A stretch of DNA of 54,366 bases, counting the filler, from Sphacelaria rigidula (taxonomy: Eukaryota): assembly GCA_964200075.2 (NCBI GenBank). It is 4 parts of 4 records of this genome, joined end to end, with 100 filler letters (N's around TTAATTAATTAA, not from the genome) between each part and the next. Parts side by side here need not be neighbours in the genome. Positions count along the whole stretch, not along the records: positions 27,235 to 40,750 come from CAXNAA020002834.1; positions 40,851 to 54,366 come from CAXNAA020002835.1; 2 more parts are not named here. One strand, given 5' to 3'. Shown here one piece after another: positions 32,670 through 43,616 of the stretch. The position numbers were made by a program, and so were the translations under genes. The notes below the pieces were generated by a model. It was not told the DNA's origin and did not search any database. It saw nothing but the letters and a program-made list of their open reading frames with translations. Every line of letters begins with the position of its first letter. The first letter of the stretch is position 1.

Positions 32670-32830
32670 GGTTGATTGATTGACGCTCTTCAACTGATCC
32701 CCAGGGACCCAACCGTGGTCACCTGATAGACGTACCCGAGACAAAACAAGACTGAAACACGCTCAAGAAAAGTTGAGAAAGCAGAAAAGGTAGAATGGAC
32801 AGAGTGCACTAAGAAAGCAATAAACAAACG
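32670..32830 (-). mobile_element. 3' tail fragment of the (AATC)n LINE family
   Basis: GATTGATTGA...AACTGATCCCCAGGGA....CCGTGGTCAC..GATAGACG aligns with 18400-18470. Confidence 0.6.
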
Positions 32831-32854
32831 AAGAAGTAGTTTCATTTTCGCGAA

Positions 32855-33065
32855 GTGAATTTGGTTTCTGTTCCGGGTAAAAATTCGACTAACCGTTTTT
32901 TTGCGGCTCGATTTTTGCGACATAACTTTTGCGGCTTGATTTTTGCGACTTCGTTTTTGCGACTCAATTTTTGCGACTTTTTTTGCTAGATTTTACCACT
33001 CTGAAACCCTTACTGATTTCAATGTTTTGGGGGAAAATTTTGTCAAACAGAAACCAGACGCATCT
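32855..33065. repeat. Small element with short TIRs and internal TTTTTGCG(A/G)C repeats
   Basis: TGGTTTCTGTT ... AACAGAAACCA; about 6 TTTTTGCG(A/G)C units. Confidence 0.5.
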
Positions 33066-33088
33066 TTCTCCAAGGGGCACCTGGACAC

Positions 33089-33530
33089 AACACGGGATCT
33101 TACAAATTGGGGATGGATCTTTTATTGGGGATTAGAAACCCGGAGGATTAAAATCTTCGTATCCGCACCAAACATTCGAAGTATGGTTCCATTTCTTCAC
33201 CTACTGATAGCTGTTGACAACTGCTCCACGCCATAGAAATTTGGATCTCGATCACCGAAATGTTATGATCCTAGGGGAAAAAAAAATCGGAACCATTTTG
33301 GAGTCCGCTCGGACACCCGGAATTCCACAAAACTGTTTTTTTACCTAGGACCCTAACAGTTCGGTGATCGAGATCCAAATTTCTATGGCGTGTAGCAGTT
33401 GTCAACAGCTCTCAGTAGGTGAAGAAATGGAGCCATATTTCGAATATTTGGTGCGGATACGAAGATTTTCATCCTCCGGGTTTCTCATCCCCAATAAATG
33501 ATCCATCCCCAATTTGTGAGATCCCGTGTT
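33089..33530. mobile_element. Palindromic (foldback) MITE, arms ~190 bp
   Basis: AACACGGGATCT.ACAAATTGGGGATGGATC ... GATCCATCCCCAATTTGTGAGATCCCGTGTT; arms pair along nearly their full length. Confidence 0.88.
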
Positions 33531-34162
33531 ACACGCAGCAGTTGCTGCTGCCTACCAAGTATCTTCCTCCAAATCCAAGTCTTGAGTGAGAACACCCAGC
33601 GCGCAGCTGCTTGACGCGACCACTGCGTTCTGCCACGGACCCTTCCCCACGTACCCGACAAGGGGGCAACATTCTCGTACAGACGGTAGCAATGCTAACG
33701 GATCCTTTGTCCTGACAGTCTGGCAGCCGGCAAGATGGTTGCGGTAGTGTCCTTCTACAGGCTGGTTCACGGTTATCACCCAAAATTGTGTCATCATCAG
33801 CAAATGCCTTTCGCATTACCTACCCATCAGTCGCATACATGGTATCATACTGACCGCTATGGACAGCTGAAGAGCGTGACAAGCAGGATTTGTGTATAAG
33901 GCCCTAGCGGTAGCGCTAAGTGCGAAAACGTATGTGGATCAATCAGCACCCGTCAACTTGTTCCGAGATCGAAATCACGAATTCCAAGCCTAATTTTCAC
34001 CCAATCTCCACATGTTTCAAATCGTAGTAACCATCATCGACTCGGGAATCTAACGAAGACAAATATTTTTAAACGGTTACTACGGGGGTCGAATTTTACC
34101 CGAAACCGTGATGTCCCGATGTCCGATGTTGGCGTCGTCTTATTTCCACTAATGATACTCAC

Positions 34163-34421
34163 TGTGACGAAAACACGCTGCTACGTAGAGTTGGTAGTGA
34201 TGATATGGATAATGACTGGGGACTCGGGGATTCGGGAGGATTCAGGATAATGACCGGGGACACGGGAATGGTACCCTGCAGGTCTAGCAGGTTGGTGCCT
34301 TGAAAGGGCACTCCATGATGATGAAATGTTGTGAAGGCTGACAACTGAAACTGAGGCCAGTAAGACTGGGGAGTCCCTCAACAGCAGTGATCCACGAGTT
34401 CTTCTTCTGGCTGGCGTCACA
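34163..34421 (+). mobile_element. 5' LTR of the Ty3/gypsy element
   Basis: TGTGACG...CGTCACA terminal inverted repeat (TG...CA), 259 bp, directly upstream of a gag-like ORF. Confidence 0.7.
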
Positions 34422-35637
34422 ATACCGATATTAGTGTAGCGCTAGAAATAGTACCTAGCAGAACCTGTTCGAAGGACTTCGGCGGAGGAATCTGACAGCT
34501 GTGGAGAACCTGATGAACCACGGACGCGTGAAGAGGGTTCCAGCTGAGGCGGCTGCAGAAAGGCGACTGGCCTTTGAGTGATCCAGGCTGGAGACTTGCT
34601 GAAGCTGCGTGCAGCGGGAGTTTGGAGACTCCTACAACTGTGTGGTGCGGCGACGAAGCAAGGAAATGTGGAATTCGCGAAGGTCCGCTGGCCTGCGAAA
34701 GGTTCGCAGGTAGCCGGTTGCAGCTATGGCGACCAGCTCGCGTGGTACGTCCAGCGTGACGCCCGTGGTCATGCGGAAAGAGTTGCAACCTCCCCAATAC
34801 GGGGGTAGGTACTCAGAGAGTGCATCTCGCACTTTTTATACGAAGTACGCGGAGTACAAGGAGCGAGTGGAGCACGCTAACGCAGGGAGTGCTGTGCGGC
34901 ATCAGGTGGTGTCAATGGCTCAACAAGTACAAACTCATGTGCAGAGAGTGTTCGCTTGTTTGGAACATTATGAGAGCGCAATCACTCCGCCGCAGTTGGT
35001 TGCGGCGATAAAAAAGCATGCTGGGCATGCGGCGGGTGCCCAGGTGGAGCTGACCCAAGCATCCGCTGCCGTGGCGAATGCTGTCGCCATGGATTCTAGG
35101 GTAAAGACGATACTGGGGTGGAGCCCATCTTGTCAATTTTGGAGAGGTACTTAACGGAAAATCCGAACGTTGAACTGGTATATCGTTCCCGCGATGGTAA
35201 GGTCATTCCCGGCCCGGCTGCAGTAATCACCAAAGCAATGGTGGAGGGGTTGGCGCCGAAAAACTTCAAGCAAGCCGTGCTTGTCAAACTGCAGGACGAA
35301 AATAATTGAAAGGCAGACCCCTACCCGGTGATGGACACCGTCGTGGCCGAGGCCCAGGAGTCGCGGGAAATAAAGGTCTTCGGCCAGTCGTCCACTTCTT
35401 CGCCGAAACCTTCGCGCAACCACGGCTCGAAATCGACCGGCCGCGCCGCGAGTATTACTTGCCACTGTCGTGGCCAGGTCGTCCATTACGCGCGCGATTG
35501 CCCAACGTCTTCCGGTGGAGAGTCTGGGCAGTCTCATGCCGCGCGCCATCAGCATCGTCAGCACAAGGGCAAATGACGAGATAATCAGGGTGGTGGCGCA
35601 GCGGATCCTCCGGCGGTGGAGGGTCGCAGTCGAGTGC

Positions 35638-35638
35638 T

Positions 35639-35682
<44 letters not shown>
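35638..35682 (+). repeat. (CAG)n trinucleotide tract within gypsy gag-pol junction
   Basis: About 14 CAG units. Confidence 0.9.
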
Positions 35683-35683
<1 letters not shown>

Positions 35684-38221
35684 CAGGGGCAGCGCCGGCA
35701 GCATGGGTCTGGTTCTGGGTCCGGCGCCGCCGTAGGTGCCCCTGCTCCGCAACGCGCGGTGCAGGGGGGACCGATTTCTACGGTGTCGAACACTGCGCCG
35801 GCGCCGATTCACCGGCAGCAGCGCCAGGCGCGACGCTTGCTGATGCGCTGGTCGGGGGTTCGCCAAATTCTTGGTCTACTGGCTGGGGGTCATACCGACC
35901 GGCGGTGCCGTCTGAACCTGCCGGGGCGTCTTCGTCTGCGCAGCTTGCGCAGCTTGCGCAGCCGAGGCGTCAAGTGGGATTAGCGGAGCATCGGTCGGCG
36001 AATAAGTGCCAGTGGAGTTTGCACACAAATACGTTCCTGCGGAGCTGCACCTTCCAAATCAACGGGAGCATGGAGCCATTGCGGTTCGGGCTAGGTGAGA
36101 TTCTGGCGCCCACTGGACAGATCGTAGAGATGTTGGAGCGTCTTCTCCCAGGTGTGCCGCTGCACATTCCGTTTTCGCTCGTAGCGCGGCAGGCCGTCAC
36201 CGCGTCGGGTCAGCACGTTTACGTCACAGAGCGTACTATTCCGCCGCAGCTGACTTTCACGACTTGCTGGGGGCCGGCGCCGTTGCCTCCGATCTCGTTT
36301 GCGATCATGCTGGGGTCGGATGACGTCGTTCTTCTGGGATTGCCGGCGCTTCAGGATCTGGGAGTCGACCCGTATGCGCGGTATTGGGACTTCATGAAGA
36401 CGCGGATGTGTCCGCCTGGTTCGCGCTTGGAGGCGCCCGGCCTTTTGGACAGTCTTCGCGTGAGCTTGTCGGTGAATACTTTTCAGGAGGCTGGGGAGCA
36501 GGTGACCGAGGAGCGGGATGCGGCGGTGGAACGCTTGGTAGAGCGCGGCCCGGAGATCGTAATGGTTCCGGCGGAAGAGGAGTCCGCTCGGAAGGTCGCG
36601 CTGGGGGAAAGCGTGACGGACGCTGTGGCGAAAGGCCCCAGCGTCTCGAAAGTGGAGCACCTGCGCGGCATACTTTATCGCGTCATGCGCTGCGGGGTGA
36701 TCCCCCTGCGCGCGTGGAGCCCATGCCTGTTCAGCTAAAACGTGGGGCGTCCGCGGCGGTACGATCCAGTGAAGTCGAGTTGTTTAGCGTCGTGCATGGC
36801 GGCCCTTTTGGCGCTCGGGTTGATGTTGCGGAACTTGCAGGCGGGGTGGTCCAGTCCAGATATGGCGCTTCCGAAGAAGGCTGAATTGTGGACGGAGGGC
36901 AGGCTGCAGGCGTGGGCGGCAGCGAAGGACCTGGTGGCTCATGCCGTGACGCTGTTCCATCCTCGTCCTGATTGTCAGGTGTTCATGTTTCCGGATGAAT
37001 CTGCGTGCCATTGGGGTAGTTTTGTCACGCAGGTGCCTAAAGTTGAGATGCATAGACGCTTGCCGCTTGAGGGTATGACGCATGAACTGCTGGCTTCCCT
37101 CAGTGGTAATTTCAAGGGTTTGCAGTTGCGTTGGGCCACAGTTGGCAAAGGTTTTGCTATAGTAAGCACTTTTCGTGGCTTGGAACATCTTTTGTGGGAT
37201 GGCGTGCATATTTTCACGGATCATCGAAATCTCGGGTGTATTTTTAACCCGGAAGTGTGCGTTACGTCGGCGTCGAGGGCATTGGCACAACGTTTGAAGG
37301 GTTGGAAAGCTGTTCTTGGCCAGTATCGTTACTTGATTTGCCATATTTTGCGTGACCGTAACGCATTGGGTGACGTGTTTTCGCGTTGGGTGAAGATTCC
37401 GGCTTCGCTTGTGCGCGCAGTGGCTGTTTATGGTCCGTGTGAATCTGATGACTCGATGCCCTCCCAATCTTTGGTCCGCCAAGCGTAACGAAAATACCTT
37501 GGGGCTGAAGATGCGGATGTGCAATCTTTCAAGTCGGATATTGGTACTGCTATCTTGGATAATGAACGTCTATTTCGTGTGCGTTTGCGTGGCCGAAACG
37601 TTTTGTAGATTCCGAGTTTTGGCGAGCAGTTGCAGGTACGTCTGATAATTTGCGCGCACATGCGCGACGCCGGGCATCGTGGTGTGGCTGCGACGCTCGT
37701 GCGCTTGCAAGAGACTGGGGCTGGCAGGGTAATTAATAAAGGGACTATACCGTAGAGGACGTGCTCTGGACAGGGGAATGTGTATCCCTTCTTCCTGTAT
37801 TAAACTCGTATAGCCTTCACTCACCAAACATCAACCGTGCAAGCTCCACCCGAGCTGCTTTCTCCACCCGAAATGCCATGACCAAAATGCACCAAAAGTA
37901 GAACTGAGCATGAAAGGTAGGACTGCATGCTGGGTTCCCTCATATGTCACACATCCAGTCATGACACAATCCGCTGCCGTAGACGAAATCCGGTACCTAT
38001 GATATGTCATCAATCTGCACCGCATGTACCCTAATTAATCAACGTACACATGTACTAGTGCTCAGCTCGACGATTTTCAATTAGCCCCCCTTGTCGAGGC
38101 TCAACCTTACTCATATCACACAAAAAATCGTAGTTCCATCCCATGAGATCAGACAAATCAAAAGCACAAATGCCGGGATACATGGAAGACTCGGCAAGAA
38201 AAAAACAAAATCATCAAGGAA

Positions 38222-38510
38222 CATCGCCTCCTGAAATATATGCCCCCCTGACCCCACATCATCTCACCATTTTCGGGGGCATAAAGTATCAAAACTCATT
38301 GCGTGTTTTTCCAAAAATCTACCAAGAAAGACATACTTTTCTCACCATGGAAATGCTGGAATACATGGGGGACTTAGCAAGATAAAAATCAAAGTTATCA
38401 AGGAAAATCACCTCCGACATTATATGCCCCCCTGATCCCATATCATCTCGACATTTTAGGTAGCATAAACTGTCAAAACTCCGGACGTGTTTTTCCAAAA
38501 ATATCTTACA
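38222..38510 (+). repeat. Direct duplication of ~100 bp, period ~185 bp
   Basis: CCTCC.GA.ATATATGCCCCCCTGA.CCCA.ATCATCTC...GCATAAA.T.TCAAAACTC...CGTGTTTTTCCAAAAAT occurs twice. Confidence 0.65.
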
Positions 38511-39149
38511 GGCATATGGCCCGAAATCCAAGATTAATAAATTAATCAATCAGATAGAATCCGTCATATGCCATGATCTATTGAAAATTAATGTTGTCAT
38601 ATCGATCGACCGCTTGACCTTTTTCGTGGCGACAGCACATGCTTCGAAACTTTTGAATTTCATGCCGAAAATCAAACTCACATGAAGGGAGAATTCCCAT
38701 CATGTCGTCATCTCGGTGATAGTATGAAAAACCGAGAGGGAATCACAACAATCGAACTCAAATCGAACTGTGGTGAAATGCATGATACACTTCAAAGCGT
38801 AATGTCCCCGTGCAAGATCAAACAAATCCTTGTCCAGCATCCCAATCGCTGTTCCAGATATGATGCCCACTAGTCAAATCACTGCATTCGGGCAGAAGTT
38901 ACATTGCTGCGCTTTTACTCAAAATAAAAATATCCAATGCATGAATCTACCATCGAGCTGACGTGATATATAAATAAACATTTGACAGCCCACATTCGGA
39001 GTGTAATATCCTCCAAAGTCCATCTCCGGCTTTCTGCATTCTTTCATGGTCACACCCCCCCTCCTCCATTGAACCGGCACCTCATACTTGCTCCACTCCA
39101 CCGGCATCACTTCCCTGTTCCAACCCATCGGCACCGCCCCCCCGCTCCG

Positions 39150-40660
39150 TTTCACCGGCGCCGACGAAGCCACGCGTTGAAATGTGTTGCCGATTGTGTC
39201 GGTGGTGGCGGTAGTGGTGTTGGCATATATCGTGCCGGACTCGGAGTTGTAGTAAAACATGGTTGTTGTGGCGTGGCGGTAAATGGAAATGGTGACGATG
39301 ACACAGCGGTAATGGGGAAATCTATGTAATGCGGTGCTGCGGTGGGTGGAATTGACGGTAATGGCGGCGCATTAGTGATAAAAATGTGTTGGTGCTGGTT
39401 CGGCGATGAGGCAGTATGGTATGAAAATGACGGCGGCGTCGGCTCAGGTTTTACCGCGTTCATCAGCGGCTTTGGGGATGCCGGCGGATCGGCGACGGTA
39501 CTCGCTCCATAACCCCCACTGCCGTCGAGCGGAAACGGCGGTGGTCGCAGAAGCTGTACACGCGGAACAGGTCGCACGGAAGATACACCACTTGCCGGGG
39601 AACCAGACTGGATACTAACACCTGATGTGTCAGACGGAACGCTTGTAGTGGAGGCGGACTGGACAAAGAAGCTGAGGGGTGGAGACACAACGCCTTCGGC
39701 GGAATAATGACGTGAGCCAATGCTGGGGGGAGAATGAAAGCTATCTCTTTCCTAACTCGGAGGCTGACTTCAAGAGGCTACAGTAACGTTGGGCGCATGA
39801 TGCGCCGGGGCAATGTTTTCGGTAGAATTCCGGAAATCAGATTCATTGCAAATAGTCCGGGCAGCTGCCGGTGAAGACTCTACCGTAGTACGGAAAGGCT
39901 CTACAGTTGTAGGGAGATCTGACTCTACAGTAGTACGTGTATCTGACCGTACACTGGTTGGCGAAGCCACAGTAGGTGTATCCGACTTTACACTGGAGGG
40001 CGAAACTACAGTCGTTGAGGGCGTCGAAATCACATTACTTGAGGGATCAGACTCACTAACGTTGTAGGGGGGAAGACGCGTCGCCACCCGTGATGAAATT
40101 CGCGATTTGCGGTCAAATCGTAATCTGCCATTGAACAAATGTACTCCTGTCGAAGTCAAAACGATATCATGTCGCTCCTGCATGTGGTGAAGAGAAAAAA
40201 TATTGAACTTGATGCCTTCTACGACGTAGACATCGGTCAACTGTATTGGGAAGTCACTTGGGGGGAGTGAAACATCCCAAGATCCCATGTGACATGTCAA
40301 GTTCAAGCTACCTACTGCGTTGACAGGGAGTCTGATCCCGTTATCCATCTCGAAGTGTTCCATGCCCTGATGATGGGGTCGTAAATCAAAGACGTCACCT
40401 ACACTACCCGTCACATGATACGTAGTGCCGGTATCTGCGAGCCATTTCTCTGCATGATCATCTTCACCAGATGCAGTATCACCACCTAGCACATCATACC
40501 TACGTTAATCGTAATCACCAAGCCGAAAATGAGACTCGCCTGCGGGTATGGAACGCGCCATTAGTAGTCGTGGATGTTCCGCAGGGAACGTATCGACAGG
40601 CGGGGATGATGAAGTGGGGGGGTGCTGCCGGCTGCTGATGTTGCTGATATGGGTCGTGAC
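39150..40660 (-). mobile_element. Ty1/copia retrotransposon fragment (aspartic protease region plus S/P/T-rich extension)
   Basis: EKWLADTGTTYHVTG...MDNGIRLPVNAVGSL...LTDVYVVEGIKFNIFSL matches the copia protease pattern W-x-x-D-S/T-G-x-T-x-H. Confidence 0.8.
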
Positions 40661-40750
40661 GTGGAGTTTTTTTTTTTTTTTACATTTTGAACCCCCCCCC
40701 CCTCCTCGGGATGAATTCGTTGTTTCAAAGGGTCACCCCAATTCCCCCCC

Positions 40751-40850
40751 NNNNNNNNNNNNNNNNNNNNNNNNNNNNNNNNNNNNNNNNNNNNTTAATT
40801 AATTAANNNNNNNNNNNNNNNNNNNNNNNNNNNNNNNNNNNNNNNNNNNN
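40751..40850. other. Artificial contig spacer
   Basis: N44-TTAATTAATTAA-N44. Confidence 0.97.
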
Positions 40851-41066
40851 CCCATCCCTCCCGACCTCCCTAAAACTATTTCGAGGGATTTTTAGCCTTC
40901 CATTCCCCCAAGGGATGAGTGCGAAAGTACACTTTTGCCTCAATTTCGGGGTGAAAAAAAGACGTTTTTTGTCCCCAAAAGTCGTGCTTTCCCACATACC
41001 CTTTTTTAGTAAAACGGAAGGCTAGAAATCCCTCGAAATAGTTTTAGGGAAGTCGGGAGGGATGGG
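40851..41066. repeat. Inverted repeat (MITE-like) cut by the contig start
   Basis: CCCATCCCTCCCGAC.TCCCTAAAACTATTTCGAGGGATTT.TAGCCTTCC pairs with GGAAGGCTAGAAATCCCTCGAAATAGTTTTAGGGAAGTCGGGAGGGATGGG. Confidence 0.75.
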
Positions 41067-43532
41067 GTGGTCCATATGAAAGCCATTTGTCATGGATTTA
41101 GGTCAGGAAAAGCACGGCTTTTGAGTTGACCCTCATTTTTTTTAACCCCATTTTCGAGAATCCACTGTTACATGCTAGCGTTTCATCCATAACCGGACGA
41201 CGCACGAAAACAGCGCATTCCCATTGAAAGCCCTTACTCAATCAAATGCCAGAAAGTGTGACGAAACGGTTGCTGGCCGTTCTCTGCTACCTGGCCGTCT
41301 CCAACCCCGCGAAACAAGTGTCTGCCGTGTTACGCGGGTCTTTTCGCGGGAGAGTTTCGAAATTCGTCAAGAAACCATCACCCTCGAGTGATCGTTCTAC
41401 TTTTGGTCATAATCCTATCCCGGGAGGATGGCCTTCACGTGTCTGGCAATATCGCAATCCACGTGGTATAAAGCGTCGCTCTTGCTATAGTCCGTGCCCT
41501 CCAATTCCAGCCGGAGAAAACTAGCCGAAGTCGACATGAAAAGCCATGACTAGACAGACAAAAGTGGCACGCGAAATACCGTTCGACATTTTCTCCGTTT
41601 CATGGGGCCGTGGATGACGTCAGCAGTTGACTAAGGAATAACGGCCATTCAGATTTCATATTTTTTTTGTCAGGCATAAATTGCGTGTCACTTCCGTCTC
41701 TTCCTCTACTGCGTGTCTTGACTTGTCGACCACTGAGCCATACCCGCTCGATGTCAGCAAAGGGTGTGGGCTACCGCCAAAGAGATCATATGCATGTAGG
41801 TTGTTGTCCATTCCAAGCGGAGACGAAAAGAAGGATGGTCACTGTCCAAACCAGCAGCAATTTGCCCCCAAAGGTTTGTATGGTACTCAAGAGAATAATG
41901 TATCCAAAAACATCGAAAGAACCGAGAGAGTACTCGCATACAAAACATGGCATCACACCCCGACTTATTATTTTCGCAGTAAATGGAGGGGGGAGCGGAC
42001 GGGGTTACTGTACGAAATCCAGGTCATTTGCTGCCAAATTTAGTGAGACCTATAAACGGAATAAAGATGTACGCGATTTTGCGAGGTTGATGAGGATTAA
42101 TCGTCAGTCAGAGACATGGAGATGTGATCACTCATGGCAGCAGGAGTCGACTGAGCCACCCGTCTCCCTCCCCACTGCCGGCCTTCTCTCTTCCTTACTC
42201 CATACGTCTCGTAAACCATCACATGCTCCATTCTTTGTTGTGGTGATCATAACATGATATGTGTAGAATCAAGCGTCGCTGGCTTACATGTGTTGTCCCG
42301 TCTTGTTGTACGGATGGATCTGGGCAGGAGGGGCATTGTCTACGTTTCGAAAGTTTGGAACTATTCCAATGTTTGATGCAGGTAGTGCCCCTTGAAATTT
42401 GTCCAACAGGATCAAGTTCCCGTTGAGCCGAAGGAGGGGGGGGGAAGAGGGGACGCTTCTATGAATGAGTTATGCCACGCATGGAGGTGCACAAAACATT
42501 TCTCAGGTTTAAATTGTTGCGAGCCCCTTATCTCATCCGAAAAATGATTTATGAAGCAGTGGAGAGCACGTCACGATTGGGACTCTGATGGGCTAGGGAT
42601 ACCCGAATGAATTTTATAACGAAAGTGTCCTGATACATATTGTGGTGCGACTCCTAACTTGAGGAGTTCCTCAGTGAGAAACATTTGGGCCCAAATGTGC
42701 AACCCCTACCGTGGCATGCCTCGAATATTTTTTTCGAAATAGTAGAGCAAAGGAATAAGAAGTGTGCCTATTGTTTGGCATGGTGCTTTCAAGATACGTT
42801 GCAGGGACGTCTTGTTTTGGGGGGGGTGTACTCATGATCATGCATGCCATAGTGTTTTGGGGGGGGGGAGGGCGGGCGTTCTCATTTGTTGCTTTCCTTA
42901 CGGTAGTCGTTTGACCTTTGACCACGCATCCCTTTCGAAACGGAAGAACGAGCGCGTGTAAATAATTATATCACGCGTGCAGTCGTTCCAGTTCCCTGCA
43001 TGGTACTTGGAAGTCACGTTGTTAGTCTAAAACAATCGGGAAATGACGACAGGGGTGCAAAAAACAAGCAAGGGGACTGTAATACCGAAACTAAGATGGC
43101 CTGGTGACCGTCGTGAGGCACCTATGGTCTAATCAACTATGGTTGATTCTTAGTGGCAACGTTTCCCGGGCGCTCTGTTCAAACATATTCAATATGCGAG
43201 AGATTTTGCTTCCTGTCACACTCAAGGCAGTGGGCTCTACCTCGTAATATTGGAACCCTCTTAACTTAGCGTAAATGTGAAGGTCACGAGTACGCTACGG
43301 GGACCAATACCTGAATTCCACGCGTGCCCATGCAAGATGTGTAAAAAAAGGAGGCGGTGAAAAATTGTTTTTCCACCATAAACTCATGATTCATACGAAC
43401 CAGCGACTGAGTCGGCACCACGTCGTCGTCCCGCCACCCAAGTTGTGATGTACGCGCGAGTAGACAAAACCATACCACCACTGTTCAAGCTACAGAGGTG
43501 AGGAAGTGGGAATCAACGCAGCTTACACGTAC

Positions 43533-43616
43533 CTCTCCGAAATAACTCCCGTCGTCTAGATGAGCAACCTCTGTCAGCTCACCCATAGCATCAGTTTGAA
43601 TAACACTGGCGGATCC
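43533..43616 (-). CDS. PKAR: PKA-R exon (CNB-B)
   Basis: cag|[28 protein letters not shown]|gtacgt. Confidence 0.9.

Larger units (their letters stand above)
34163..37720 (+). mobile_element. Decayed Ty3/gypsy LTR retrotransposon (gag, protease region, RT N-terminus, RNase H, integrase Zn-finger start)
   Basis: Gag-like 34726-35330; degenerate Zn knuckle CHCRGQVVHYARDC; RT start PRRYDP...WSSPDMALPKK; RNase H VFMFPDESACHWG...IFTDHRNL...NALGDVFSRW; integrase start AHMRDAGHRG. Many frameshifts and stops; 3' truncated. Confidence 0.88.

Noticed and set aside
35470..36738. 422-aa ORF as a host gene
   Set aside because: It is a frameshifted read through the gypsy gag-pol region; the poly-Ala comes from the CAG tract.
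42285..42430. Possible last PKA-R exon (…LLDKFQGALPASNI…HM*)
   Set aside because: No suitable acceptor, and it lacks the expected IAL...PRxATV and LDRxxF CNB-B motifs; the true 3' exons are probably off-contig.
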